Origin: the human T2T-CHM13v2.0 reference genome, Homo sapiens
Assembly (NCBI RefSeq): GCF_009914755.1
Contig: NC_060947.1
DNA: 64,000 bases
Strand: one strand, 5' to 3'
This document shows, piece by piece, positions 40,818-56,280 of this stretch. Position numbers and translations under genes: made by a program. The first letter of the stretch is position 1. Every line of letters starts with the position of its first letter. Under the pieces are notes generated by a model, which worked only from the letters and a program-made list of their open reading frames with translations, was not told where the DNA came from and searched no databases.

Positions 40818-43800
40818 GAGGCTGGCCAAGATGGCTGACTAAGAAGTAGCTAGTGTGTGCCTCTCTCATGGGGAGAAATAGGAGGAACAAGTAAATACAT
40901 CACCTTCAACTGAAACATCCAGGTACATATATTGGGATTCATCAAGAAACCAACTCAACCCACAAAGAATGGAGAAAAGCAAGGCAGAATGACCACCCAC
41001 CCAGGAGCAACATGGAGCCCGGGGAGCCTCCCCAACCTAGGGAAGCAGAGAGTGAGTGAACGAACCTGGGGACCTACACTTCTCCCATAGATCTTTGCAA
41101 CCCTCAGGTCAAGAGATCCCCTCATGAACCCACTCCATCAGGGCCTGCAGTCTGACTTGCAGAGCTACATGGAATCTCAGTGCAGCAGCCATTCAGGCCC
41201 ATGTGGAGCCCTCAGAGCTTTATGTATCTGAGCTTCCTGGCAAAAGAAACTGCACCTTCAGCAGAGCAGGATGTTAGGCCACTGCACATACCCCCTAGGC
41301 AGGGGGATGAATCTAGGGGGCTGAGAAGCGACAGTCTATAGGCCCTGCTATGGCACATAGCAGGATAAGACCCACTGGCTTGGAACTCCAGCCAGCCACT
41401 GGTAGCAGTGTTACACCTTCCTGAGATGGAGCTCCCCGGGTGAGGGCAGGCTGCCATCCTTGCTGTTTCATGGCCTTAGCTGTTGTTTACTTCAGTGCAG
41501 CCACTCCTTTTTTTTTTTTTTTAACATAGTTCCATGAATCTGCTTCTCCTCACTATGCAGGACCTCACCACCAAGGTCACCAGGCACCCTCGCCAGTGTT
41601 TTACAGCTGGCAGTGCTTCTTAGCCTCTGTGAGATGGAACTTCCAAGGGAAGGGATGAGCCACCATCTTTGCTGTTTCACAGCCTTAGCCATTTTTACCT
41701 TCAGGCTCTACAGAGTCCAAGGCAACTAGGGACTGGAGCTATCCCCCAGCACCGTTCTGCAGCAGCTCTATGCAGAAGCAGCCAGTCTGCTTTTTCATGT
41801 GAATCCTTCATTTCTTTTCACTGGGTAGGATCTTCTATCTGAAGTTTACAACCAGCCCCACTGGTGTGTTCAGGCTGGCAACAGGTCAGTATCTCCCTGA
41901 TGGACCTCCCAGAGGGAGGGGAATGCCACCATCTTTGCTGTTTTACAGGCTTCACTGTTGATAACTGCATGTTCTGGAGAATCCAAAGTGACTAGGGACT
42001 GGAGTGCAGCCCAGGAAATTGCAGCAGCCCTATGGAAAAGTGGCCACACTGTTTGTTACATGGGTTGTTAATTCATATCTCCTCAGTGGGTGGGTCCTCC
42101 TGGCATGAGTCTCCAGCCACACCCTGCTGGGGCTATCAAGCCAGTAGCAGCTCTGACATTCCCTGGTACAAAGTTCCCAGTGGAAGAGTGGGTTGCCATC
42201 TTTGCTACCTTGCAGCCATTGTCCTTGCCGTGGCCAGGCTCTGGAGGGTCCATGGTGACCAGGGGCTGGTCCAGATCTCCAGCACAGAGCACCCACCTCA
42301 CAGAAAAGTAGTCAGGTTGTTCTCCATGCAGACCCTAGTCCACACTTCCCCTCATGGGGCAGGGATGCACAACCTGGGACTCTAGCACAACCACCCTGCT
42401 ACCACCTGACCACTTCAATCAGAGGCAGCCCAGCAGTTACAGGAACAGCTACATGCAGATAAGTAAGAACCAACACAAGAACTCCAGCAACTCAAATGGC
42501 CAGAGTGTCTTATGTCCTCCAAACAACCACAGTAGTTCTCCCTTAACTGGGAAGAATTGGCTAAAATGACAGGACTACAATTCAGAATGTGGATAGGAAT
42601 GAAGGTCATCAAGATTTAGAAGAACAGTAAAACCCAATCCAAGGAAACTAAGAATCATAATAAAATAATGCAGGAGTTTACAGATGATATAGCCAGTATA
42701 AAAAAGTACCTAACTGATCTGACAAAACTGAAAAACACACTACAAGAAGTTCACAATGCAATCACAAGTACTAAAAGGAGAATAGACCAAGCTAAGAATC
42801 TCAGAACTTGAAGACTAGCTTTCTTAAATGAGACAGCCATATTAAAATTAAAAAAAAAAGAATAAAAAGGAACGAATAAAATCTCTGAAAAATATGGGAT
42901 TATGTAAAGAGGCCAAATCTACTAATCATTTACATCCCTGAAAGGGATGGAGAGAAAGCAAACAACTTGGAAAACATATTTCAGTATATCATCCATGAAA
43001 ACCTCCCCAACCTTGGTAGAGAGGCCAGCAATCATACTCAGGAAATATCAAGAACCTCTGTAAGATTCTATACAAGATTATTGTCAAAATACATAATCAT
43101 CAGAATTCCCAAGGTGAAAATGAGAAAAAGAATATTAAAGACAGCTAGACAGAAGGCGCAGGTCACCTACAAAGGGAACCCCATCAGGCTAACAATGGAC
43201 TTCTCAGCAGAAACCCTATAAGCCAGAGAAGATTGGTGGTCTGTATTTAACATTTGTAAAGAAAAAAAATATTCAAACCAAAATTCTGTATGCAGTAAAA
43301 TTAAGCTTCCTAACTAAAGGAGAAATAAGATCCCTTTCAGATAAACAAATACTAAGGGGGTGTTTTACCACCAGACCCACCTTACAAGAGATCTTGAAAG
43401 GAGCATTAAATATAGAAAGAAATAACCACTAGCAGCCAATACAAAAACACACTTCAATACTCAGACCATAGACACTATAAAGCAACCACAAAATCAAGAC
43501 AGCATAATAATCAGCTAACAGTACAATGACAGAATCAAATCCACGCTTATCAATACTAACCTTGAATGTAAAGGGGCTAAATTCCCTATTTATAAGGCAC
43601 ACAGTGGCAAGCTGGATGAAAAGAAAGACCTAGTGGTAAGCTGTGTTCAAGAGACCCATTTCACATGCAATGACATCCATAGGCTCAAAATAAAAGGATG
43701 GGGGAAAATCTACCAAGCAAATGAAAATCAGAAAAAAAGCAGGAGTTGCAATCATAATTTCAGACAAAACAGACTTTAAACCTCAAAGATCAAAAATTAC

Positions 43801-46490
43801 AAAGAAGGGCTATACTTAATGGTAAGTGGTTAAACTCAACAAAAAGACAAAACTATCCTAAATATACCTGCACCCAACACAAGAGCACAAGTTTATAAAG
43901 CAAGTTCTTAGAGACCTACAAAGAGACATAGGCTCCCACACAATAATAGTGGGAGACTTCGACATTCCACTGACAGTATTAGACACATCACTGAGGCAAA
44001 AATTTAACAAAGATATTCAGTAACTGAACTTGACATTTCATCAAATAGACATGAGACATCTACAGAACTCTCCAGACAAAAACAACAGAATATACATTCT
44101 ACTCGTTGCCATATGGCACACACACTAAAATTGACCACACAATCAGAGAAAAAAACAATTCTCAGCAAATGAAAAAAAAATGAAATCATGCCAAACACAC
44201 TCTTGTAGCACAGTGCAATAGAAATACACATCAAGGCTAAAAAAATTGCTTAACACCATACAATTACACGAAAATTAAACTACATGTTACTGAATGACTT
44301 TTGCATAAATAATGAAATTAAGGCAGAAATCAAGAAGTTTCTTGAAACTAATGAGAACAAAGATACAAAATACCAGAATCTCTGGGACACAGCTAAAGCA
44401 GTATTAAGAGAGGGGATTTATAGCACTAAATGCTCACAACCAAAAGTTGGAAAGATCTCAATTTAATGACCTAACATCACAACCATGAGAACTAGAAAAT
44501 CGAGAGCAAACAGAACCCAAAGCTAACAGAAGACAAAAAATAATCAAACTCAGAACTAAACTGACAGAGGTCAAAACAAACAAAAATTTCAAAAGATCAA
44601 TGAATTTAGGATTTGCTTTTCTGAAATAAAAATGAAAATAGATAGAATGCTAGGTAGACTAATAAAGAAAGAAGAGAGGATTCAAAGAAACACAATTAAA
44701 AATGGCATAGGGTATGTTACCTCTAACCCCACAGAAACACAAACAACCATCAGAGACTACCCTGAATACCTCTATGCATACAAACTAGAAAACCTAGACA
44801 AGATGAATAAAATCCTGGACACATACAACCTCCCAAAACTGAACCAGAAAGAAATTCCTCTTTTGAACAGACCAATAATGAGCTCTGAAATTGAATCAGT
44901 AATAAATAGCCTACAAACCAAGAAAAGTTCTAAAACAGATAAATTCACAGCTTAATTCTACCAGATGTACAAAGAGAGCTGATACCATCTCTACTAAAGC
45001 TATTCCAAAAAATTGAAGAGAAGGGACTCCTCCCCTACTCATTCTGAGGCCAGCATCATCCTGATATCAAAACTTGGCAGAGACACACACACAAAAAAAC
45101 TTCAGGCCAATAACCATGATGAACATTGATGCAAAAATCCTTAACAAAATACTGGCAAACTGAATCCAGCAGCACATCAAAAACCTAATCCATCATGAGC
45201 AAGTAGGCTTTATCCTTGAAATACAATGTTGGTTCAACATACATAAATAAATAAACATGATCCATCACATAAACAGAACTAAAGACAAAAACCACTTGAT
45301 TATCTAAATGGATGCAGAAAAGGCTTTCAATAAAATTCAACATCACTTCATGTTAAAAACTTGATGAACTACGTATTGAAGGACCATAATATAAAATAGG
45401 AGCCATCTATGGCAAATCCACAGCCAACATCATACTGAATGAGTAAAACCTGGAAGCAATCCCCTTGAAAACCATCACAAGCAAAAATGCCATCTCTCTC
45501 CACTCCTATTCAACGTAGTATTGGAAGTCCTGGCCAGAGCAATCAGGCAAGAGAAAGAAATAAAGGACATCTAAATAGAAAGTGAGAAAATCAAACTATT
45601 TCAGTTTGCAGATAAGATGATTCTGTATCTAGAAAACCCCATCGTGTTGGCCCCAAAACTCCTTAAGCTGATGAATAACTTCAAGAAAATTTCAGGATAC
45701 AAAATTGACATACAAAAATCACTAGCATTCCTATATAGTAACAACAGCCAAGCTGAGAGCAAATAAGGAATGCAATCTCACTTACAATAACCACAAAAGG
45801 AATAAAATGCCTAGGAATACAGCTAACCAGACAGGTAAAAGATCTCTACAATGAGAATTACAGAACACTGCTCAAAGACATCAGAGATGACACACAAAAA
45901 TAAGGAAGACATTCCATGTTCAGGGATAGGAAGACTCAATATCATTAACATGGTCATACTACCCAAAGCAATTTTTAAATTCAGTGCTATTTCTATCAAA
46001 CTATCAATGACATTCTTCAAAGAACTAGAAAAAAAATTTTTAAATTCATATGGAATCAAAGGAAAAAAAAAAAGCCCAAATAGTCAAGACAATCCTATGT
46101 AAAAAGAACAATGCTGGAGGCATTATGTTACCTGACTTCAAACTATATTACAGGGCTACAGTAACCAAAACAGCATGGTACTAGTGCAAAAATAGGCACA
46201 TAGACAAAGGGAACAGAATAGGGAGCCCAGCACTAAGGTTGCACACCTACAACCATCTGATCTTTGAAAAAGCTGAAATAACAAGCAACAGAGAAAGAAT
46301 TTTGTATTCAATAAATGCTGCTGAGATAAAAAGCTAGCCATACGCCAAAGATTGAAACTGGGCCCCTTTCTTACAGCATACACAAAAATCAACTCAAGAG
46401 AGATTAAAAACTTAAATGTAAAACCCAAAACTATAAAAACCCTAGAAGACAACCTAGGCAATACAATCCTGGACATAGGAATGGGCGAAG
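40818..46490 (+). mobile_element. L1PA13-16-like element with complete 5' end, lacking ~1 kb of 3' end
   Basis: 'gaggctggccaagatggctgac' start (YY1-type caagatggc at 40827-40835); repetitive 5'UTR; ORF1 remnants (VTYKGNPIRLTMDFSAETL); ORF2 ATG at 43526; RT motif FADKM ~45605; ends abruptly at 'ggaatgggcgaag'. Confidence 0.92.
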
Positions 46491-46744
46491 GTATATAAAG
46501 TTTGCTTAATATTTAAAAATTGGTAAACGTAAATCACCATACTGACAGACTAAAGAAGAAAAACTGCATGAACATATAAAAATATGAGTACAAACCGTAT
46601 AGCAAAATCCAACATACATTCCTGGAACAAACTCTCAGAAAGTTGTAGGAACTTGACAGAAACTTCCTTCAAACTGGTAAACAGCATCTATATATTAAAA
46701 AAAAACAAAAACCTGCAGTTAATATCATATTTTAAAATGAAACG

Positions 46745-47535
<791 letters not shown>

Positions 47536-49932
47536 AACCAGAAGATTAAAAAAAATACAAGATAAGAATGCCTACTGTCACTAGTTCTATTCAACTTTAT
47601 ACTGGAATCTTGCTATAAGATCAGACTAAAATAAGAAATAAAAGACATAAAGACTGCAAAGGAAGAAGTATAACTGTCTTCCTTTTCAGATAATATGATC
47701 ATGTTTATAGTAAATCCTAAAGAATATACGCACGTTAGCATGAAAATCAGTTTAGCAAGTTTGCAGAATAAAATGTCAATATACAAAAGTCAATTGCATT
47801 TCTATGAACAAGGAGTGAAAAATTAAAAGTTGAAATTTTAAAAGTGAAACTATTAACAATGGCACAAAAATCTTAAACATTTGGAGATAAATTTGACAAA
47901 AGATATGCAAGACCTATGCCTTGAAATCCATGAAGCAAGCATAAAGAAGACATATTAAATAGAGAGGTAAACTATGATCATGGATTGAAAGATTTGGAGA
48001 TGTTAAAATGCCATTGCTTCCAAAATTGACCCATAAATGTAATAGAATCTCAGTCAAAATTCCAGCATCCTTTTAGAAAAATTTTGGAGCTGAATATGAA
48101 ATTTGTATGGAAATTTACAGAGCCTAGACTGGCCAAAATAATTTTAAAATGGGATAAGAAGTTAAAGAAATAATATTACCTGATATCGATATATAACATA
48201 AAGGTAAATTAATCAAGACAATGTAGTACTGATATACACTTTGACATATATAAATAGAACAGAATAATGAGTACAGTGCTGGACCCACATGTACACGATC
48301 AATTGACTTTCATCAAAGATGCCAAGACTATTCCGTGGGGAAATATTAATATTTTCAAAAAACGATGCTGAGAAAATTGGATTGCTACATGAAAAAATAA
48401 ATGAACCTCAACCATTATATCCCACCATGTACTCAAACTAATTAAAATGACTCATAAGTCTATAAAAGTTAACAGTATAAAATTTCTAGAAGAAAACAAG
48501 GAGAAAATTTTAGTCACTTTGCATTTGCCACAGATTTTTAAAATACAACACAAAAAACTTTTTGTCAACTAAAAATGCAAATTTAAAGTTACATAAAATT
48601 CAATAAATAACTTTATAAAAATCAATACATTGAAATTCATCAACATAAAAAACATTTTTTTCTTTCAAAGATACTGTTATAAAAATCAAAAGGCAAACCA
48701 AATACTGAGAAAAAAATTTACACAAATATCCAACACAATACTTGTATCTATGCTATATAAACATTAGAATATAAACAACCCAATCAAAATGGGCAAACAT
48801 TTGAGCAGAAAGTTTAATTAAGAAATACAGACATGAAATAAGCACATAGAAAGATATTCAACATCATTAGTCATTTTGGACATGTGAAACAAAAACATGT
48901 TGAGATACCCCTACACTCCTCTAGAATGTCCGAAATTAAAAAAAAAAAAAAAACTTAAAGTATTTGGTAGGTATTTAGAGCAAATAGGGCTCTCATATAC
49001 TGCAGGTGGCAACGTCAAATGGTACAGCCTCTTTGCAAAACAGCTTAGTGGTTTTTGAAAACATTAAACATGCAACTAGTGTATGATTCATAAATTTATC
49101 TTCTAGCTAACTACCCAAGAGAAATAAAAACATATGTCCACAAACTGATTTCTTACCCAAATGCTCATAGCAGTTTTATCTATAATAGTCAAAAACTGGA
49201 AAAAACCTAATGTATATCATCAGGTCAATAAACAAATCATTACATATGCATTAGTATACCACTCTGCAATGAATATCAATTAACTATTGTTAGAAACAAT
49301 GGTGAATGGATCTCCACAAACAATTAGGCCCAATAAAAGAAACTCCACTAAAGATGGTATATAATACATGATTGTATTTATATAAAAACTCTAAAAAAAC
49401 ACAAACTAATCCATGGTGACAAAAAGCATGTTTGTCATGGGTTGCTGGGCACCCAGACAGTGTCAGAGATTGGTAAGAGAGAGGAATAACAAAGGCATGT
49501 GAGAAATATTTTGGTGATAATGAATATGTTTATTATCTTGATTGTGTTTATGGTTTTATGAATATATATTTACATCAAAGGGCATCAAATTTTGCAAGTT
49601 AAATATATGCTGTTTAACGTATGGCAGTTTTACCACAACAAACTGCTTAACATGCAAAGGAAAAACATAAACACCTCAATAAAACAACCAAATAAATTAA
49701 AGAGTTGGCATGTACAATGTGACCCTGATTTCTTCAGCTATTTGGTCTCATTAAAAAGGGATTGCTCTAGTATTAAAAGGAATTAAGAAAGATAGTATGC
49801 AGATGAAATACATGGCCTTGAATAAGATCCTGGATGTAAAGATTTTTTTCTTGCAAAAATTGGTACATTTGAAAACTGAGGATTAGATGATGCTAGAAAA
49901 TTATTATTAAAGTTTAGATATTATAGTGTTAG

Positions 49933-50229
49933 TTTTTGTTTTTTGTTTTTTTTTTTTTGAGACAGAGTCTCGCTCTGTCGCCCAGGCTGGAGTGCAGTGG
50001 CGCGATCTCTGCTCACTGCAACTTCCGCTCCCAGGTTCAAGTGATTCTCCTGCCTCAGCCTCCCGAGTCGCTGGGCACACCTCCATGCCCAGCTAATTTT
50101 TCGTATTTTAGTAGAGACGGGGCTTCACCATGTTGCCCAGGCTGGTCTCAAACCCCTGAGCTCAGGCAATCCGCCCGCCTTGGCCTACCAAAGTGCTAGG
50201 ATTAGAGGCATGAGCCGCCGTGCCCGGCC
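49933..50229 (-). mobile_element. AluS
   Basis: Antisense dimer with a small internal deletion. Confidence 0.96.
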
Positions 50230-51172
50230 ATGTTTTTAGTTTTAAGAGTTGTACAATTAAGTAAAGATTGAATGTGAAGATATCTGTGTTTACTTTAAAA
50301 TAGTTAAGTATTAAAAAATAAAATATGATAAGAAAAAAACTGGGAAATAGGCTTCTGGTTAGTGTTTTAATGATGAATGTTTGATTTTCTGGAATAGATT
50401 ACAGATATTAAGTTGAAGATACCTATTCTACCATTCAAATAATAAATATGTTGCATTAGACTCATGAACAGAAAGTGAGCCATTTAAATGGAGTCTACAG
50501 TAAAAATGATGGAATGATGATGCTCCATTTACATCCTATGGTCTGACCTACTATAAGTCAAAAGGAAGACCCATATAGCTAATTTTTAGGTTATATTTTC
50601 CTCTAAAAACATAGTATATGAGGAAAAGAGGTTTCCATTGAAAACTTCTCTCTTCTCTTTCACTTATTTTGGCTGGTATTTTATGCCTGTTATTACAGCT
50701 CTTGTCATTCTTTCCCTCTAGATTCACACTCTCACATTACAGCTACATCACAAAAAAACCTTTTCCTCTTACCAGATTCTAGTGGCACTATGAATGAATG
50801 AATTTAGTCATTCACTTATTCAATAAATATTTGCTGAATGCCAATTAGAATGATTTTGAATTTCATACATTATAATTATCTGTGGAGTTTTTAATATCTA
50901 GAAACCTCTGAGAGCCACAGTTGAAAATGTTCACTCATTGAGGCTTGTGTGGGACCTAGAGAACTCTATTAAAATAAATACAAACAAACAAAAAATATTC
51001 ACAGATGCTTTTCATTCTGTGCCGTGGTTGAGACTCACTAGCCTAGTGTATGACACTCTCTGTGCTAAGCACTGAATATCATAACTAGGTATAAGACAGA
51101 TATATTTCTTGTTCCCATTAAATTCATACACTTAGTCTCTTATTCATGATTCAGTCTTATGATTTTGGATAC

Positions 51173-51990
51173 TATCTTAATCTATTCAGAATGTTATAAC
51201 AAAAAAAATAGGCTGGCTGGGTTCAAAACAAAAGACATTTATTTTTCATAGCTCTAGAGGCTGGGAAGTCTAAGATTCAGGCATCTATAGATTATGTGTT
51301 TAGTGAAGACCCACTTCCTGGTCCATAGACTGCCTTCTTCTCTGAGTCCTCACATGGTAGAAAGGGTGAGTTATCTCTCTGGGATCTCTTTTAGAATAAC
51401 ACTAAACCCATTCATGAGGGCTCTACCCTATGACCTAACAGCCTACCAAAGGCCTCACTTTTTATTACCATCACATTGGGGATTAGGATTTCAACATATA
51501 AACTTTGGGAAGATGCATTCAGTCTACAGCACTTCACTCCTAGTCCCCACAAATTCATGTCCTTCTTATATGCAAAATACATTTATTTTATCCCAACAGA
51601 CCCCAAATCTTATTTCATCATTAACTCTAGGGTATAAAATCAAAAGTCTCATCTAAATATTATTTAATTAGAAATGGATGAGAGTCAATGTATGATTAAT
51701 CCTGAGACAAATTGTTCTCCAGCTGTAAACCTGTGAAACCAAACAAGTTATGTGCTTCCAAATTACAGTGGTGGGACAGGCTTAGAATACATATTTTCAT
51801 TTCAGAAGGGAGAAACAGGAAAGAAGAGGCTATGGACCACAAGTAAGTCCAAACTACAAGGCAAACTCCTTATCTTAAGGCTTGACAATAACCCTTGTTA
51901 GTTCCACATTCTGCCCTCCAAACCCACTGGCGTAGAGGTTCCACTTTCTGGACCCACTGATGCAGCAGTCCTGCCCTGAAAGCTCTGGTT
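51173..51990 (-). mobile_element. MST/MLT1 (MSTD-like) LTR (51173-51531) plus adjoining MaLR internal sequence
   Basis: LTR ends 'cattcagtctacagca', followed by internal-type 'caaattcatgtccttcttatatgcaaaataca'. Confidence 0.8.
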
Positions 51991-52161
51991 GGAAAGGAAA
52001 AAAAAAAAAAAAAGAAAAGAAAAAAATAACCTTTTTTTTTTTGAGAAAATAAGAGATTTCATTTTGGATATGATGACTGTCAAAATGTAATATCCAAGTA
52101 GATATGACTTGATGGCATTTACTATAGACTGAATGTTTGTGTTGCCCCAAAATTAATATGA

Positions 52162-52363
52162 ATGAGCATGGCTATATTTCAATAAAACTTTATTTATGGA
52201 CATAAAACTTTCAATTTGATTTGATTTGATGTATAATTAAATATTCTTTTTCAGAATTTTTGCTTAACCACTTGAAAATATAAATATTATCTTTGGTTTG
52301 CTGGCCATATAAAACAAGTCGGGGACTAGATTTTTCCTATGTGCCATGGTTTGCCAATCCCTG
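52162..52363. mobile_element. MER58-like hAT-Charlie
   Basis: 'gcatggctatatttcaataaaactttatttatgga...gccatggtttgccaatccctg'. Confidence 0.8.
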
Positions 52364-52784
52364 GCCTAGATGATGAATATTATAGTGTCTTCACTAGGGC
52401 AAAGATGGAGAGTCAAGAGCATATACTAGAACCAAGACTTTCAATTGACAGAATGCAAGAAATATTACAGAGAAAATAAATGGGAAGAACTCCTAGTTTC
52501 TGTCTTGGGGAACTAAATAGACAGTTTTATTGTTCACTTACCAAGAAATACAATGGCATAAGTACGTTTACAAGAATGTTATAACTTAACACCTAATGTT
52601 AGTTAAGTTATAACATTAGGTGTTTTGAGGTTGGGTTCTTTCTCCAACTACATTCTCACAGACTTTTACTTAAATTTCTTTCATTCGTTCTCCTAGCTAA
52701 CCATATAAACTTTAATTGTTAAGGTCAGACTTAAGATTTCAGCTTCTCCAGAAAACTTTTTCTTATTTCTATTGCCATCACTGA

Positions 52785-53430
52785 CTTGAAAACATGAAGG
52801 GGAAATAAAGATATTCCCAGACAAACAAAAGCTGAGAAATTTCATCAACACCAGACCTGTCCTACAAAAAATGCTGAAGGGAGTAGAAAAGGACATTAGA
52901 AAGCAATAGTAATCTCCTGAAGGTACAAAACTCATTGATTATAATAAGTACACAGAAAAACACAGAATATTATAACACCGTTACTGTGGTATACAAAGCA
53001 CTCTTATCCTAAGTAGAAAGACTAAATAATGAATCATTCAAAAATAATAATTGCAACAACTTTTCAAGACATAGTACAATAAGATATAAATAGAAAAAAA
53101 TGATTAAAGGTGAGGACACAAAATGTAGGGGTAAAGTTTTTATTAGTTTCCTGTTTGTTTGTTTACACAAACAGTGTTATCAGGTTAAAATAATAGGTTA
53201 TAAGATAGTATTGACAAGCCTCATGGTAACCTGAAACCAAAAACCATACAATGAAGAAACAAAAAATAAAAAGCAGACAACTAAGTAATATCACCAGAGA
53301 AAATTACCTTTACTAAAAAAAGACAGAAAGGAAAGAAAGAAGGAAGAGAAGACCACAAAACAACCAGAAAACAAATAACAAAATCGAAAGAGTAGAAGTA
53401 CTTATCATTAGTAACACTGAATGAACTAAA
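52785..53430 (+). mobile_element. L1MA/L1M1-type ORF1-end and inter-ORF fragment
   Basis: 'gaaataaagatattcccagacaaacaaaagctgagaaatttcatcaacaccagacctgtcctac'. Confidence 0.85.
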
Positions 53431-53881
53431 CTTTTAATGAAAGCCAAAAAAAAGTCTTTAAGATGTTTAATTCCTCTTTTACTTTCATTCTTAAACTTTT
53501 CCCCTCATGGACTCTCATTTTCACCCTCAGTTTTACTTTATCCTTTCCTTGGGATTTTAAACTCTTACAATGATTTACTAAACTTCTTTCTGTATGAGCC
53601 AGATGAAAAACTGCAAATAAGTGCAAACCACTGCAAAATACTGAATTGGAGAAAAACATTAATTCCACTGGAAGCTTGACTGCATCCACACTGCACTCAT
53701 GCTGTTTAATTTCAACTAAGTATTTCTCGATTCTCAGAAATCCTTCATCCTTTTCCTTATCTCACGTTGACTTCCTATCACATTCCTCACAGCTGTTGTT
53801 CAAACCTCTTCACTCTCCTCCCAGGTCACTAGAAGGCACAGATATTGCTGCTTACTTATTTAGATGGAGTCTATCCAAGGC

Positions 53882-54499
53882 ATTGGGGCTCAGAAACCAG
53901 TACCTTACCTCAAAATATAGCACTTTGACATGGTAAACTGAGGAAGCCTCAAGGTCTCTCTGATCTTGCCCCCTGTCAACAACCACAGTTGCTCAATCCT
54001 CTGTCTTTCCCCAAGGACAGGATAAAGTTTTTTTCTCTGATGTTCCCCTATCTTTCTAAAGCCTGGACCTGCTAAAGAAGAAAACAATTGCCTCGAAGCC
54101 CTTCCCTGAGTTTTCTTTAACTGAACTTATATTGCAGGAAGAAAGACTGAAGTCTGTTAACACACTTGGACAGACTTTTGTCGCAAACCATTGTCTGCTC
54201 TGCAGACCCAACAGACTTTGTCTCAGACTACGGTTCTCCAAGCTCATTGAATTCCCTTAAAAATTATGTACTACCCCCGCTAAAATCATCCACACTCCCC
54301 CATCTCTTTTTGACCTTAGGAGAAGGGTATATAATTACCTTTACCCCATCTCGTTTGTGGTGGGGTAATCACTGCGATATTTCCCTTCATACATGCTAAT
54401 AAATCTGTATGTCATTTCCCCTATTAAGCTGACTTTTGTGAGTTGATTCTTCAGCAAACATATGAAGGACAAAAAGGAAGCTTTCCCTCTGTGCCCACA
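53882..54499 (+). mobile_element. MER39-like ERV1 solo LTR
   Basis: 'tggggctcagaaacc...gaagcctcaaggtctctctga'; TATA-like ~54328 and AATAAA ~54398. Confidence 0.8.
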
Positions 54500-55314
54500 A
54501 GAGCAGTCTCTTTCATTTTTTCACTTTAATTCAAAACCTTCCTATATGTTAATTCACTTTTAAAATTCTTTCTAACAAATTCAAAGCAAGAGCAGTTCTT
54601 CTGCCATTCTAAGACTTTTATCTCCATCTGTTAACTGAAACACGTTCATTCCCGCTCCTTTTAGAATCATACTCTAACAGTTATCCCTCTTTTTCTGGCA
54701 TTTTTGAATCCCTGTTTATTAACTGCTTTTCTTTTTGCCTAAAAGCATACTGAAATTTCCTGATCCTTAAATAAACACTTTTTGTCCTAACTTTCCTAAC
54801 AATCTGAATTACCATTCTGTTTTTCCATTAAACAAAAGTGTACAGGACATCCATCCGAAGAAACAGACTTAGCCCTATACTTTTTAAGCCAACCTAATTC
54901 ATTCAGGCTTGGATCTCATATTGGCAAACCAAGGATAATGAAGAAGAGCTGAATGCTTTTTAAAGAATAGTAAGGTCTATCTCATAATTCCCAATTTTGT
55001 CTCTGTTTCACTTTACCTCTGCCTGGCTCTTAACCTATGCCTTTGCCTCTCATTTTAAGTTTGATGCCCATCCTGTGGACAAAATGATTTTTATGTCATT
55101 TCTGGTTTCTTGAAGAAACCTCTCTAACTCTTCTCACCCTTTCTTTGTACAGTAGTATTCTGCAAACCAACTCCAGGTGCCTGCTTCCTTGGTGAGCTTT
55201 CTTTGGAGAAACTGTTCTGACACAAAGCAGATAAAATAGCATTTCCTAGTCACCTACACCGAGAGAGAGGATTCTGCAGCACAGACTATGGCATTCTGAT
55301 CTATGTGATACTAC

Positions 55315-55560
55315 AATTACTACTAGCTAACATTTTTTGAATGTTAGAAGCCAAATTATCATTCTAAGCCCATTATAGGTATTACCTCATTTGATTTTCA
55401 CAACTCTTTAAGGTAGGTACTGTTGCTGTATCAATTTTACGTAGGAGGAAACTGAGTCACTGAATTACTAAGGCCTTTGCTTATGATGATGCACAGCTGG
55501 TAAATGGGAGAAAAGGGATTTTAATCAGCCAGATTATCTCCAGAAACTATGCTATTCAGG
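55315..55560 (-). mobile_element. MIR
   Basis: 'attttacgtaggaggaaactgagtcac'. Confidence 0.75.
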
Positions 55561-56280
55561 CAAACTTTTTCTAATGAGTTTGTACACAGTTTAAAGAAGA
55601 GCTCTTAACTGCTTCAATCATCATTTAATACGTTCTTTTTAAAACTGTAGAATACCTCCTGGGAGCCTCATTTTGGAAAAAAATGGCTAATAATCAAGTC
55701 AAGATTTAACTGGGTTGCCTCTTCTACTGATTGAATTTTATAATCGATAGCCTCAAATGTTGCCAACTTATCTAAGCATACCAACCAGAAATGAAGTCAC
55801 AAGCACCACCGTATTAACTACATGGTATAAGTATTTTAACTGTCAAGAACAACAGTTGGTTTGTGAATAATTTTTAAACTTGACAAACTTCATCTATAAA
55901 TTAGATTCATTTAAGTGGCTATACAAATCACTTATGTCTTCCTCAAGAACTTTTTATTTAATGTGCTAATTTGTTTCTGACATAATTGGACATAATACAG
56001 CTACTGATTAAAAGAGCACTTCTGCAAAGGCAGAATGGTAAGTAGCTATAAGACCAAGTGCAAGAAACTCTAGAAAAACTTTCTTTACTGTATTTTGTCC
56101 ACAAAGGGTAATTCAGGCCAGAGGAAGGCCTGTTTAGAAGTTTCCCTAAGAAAAAAGATGAGTGACTAGGTAGAAACAGTACCTTACATTTATATGGCAC
56201 TTTATATTGTGTAAAGCATCTTTACTTCCATTCTTACAATTGTGGCTCGCAACTCTGCTGGGGTAGACAAGCTGTCAAGA

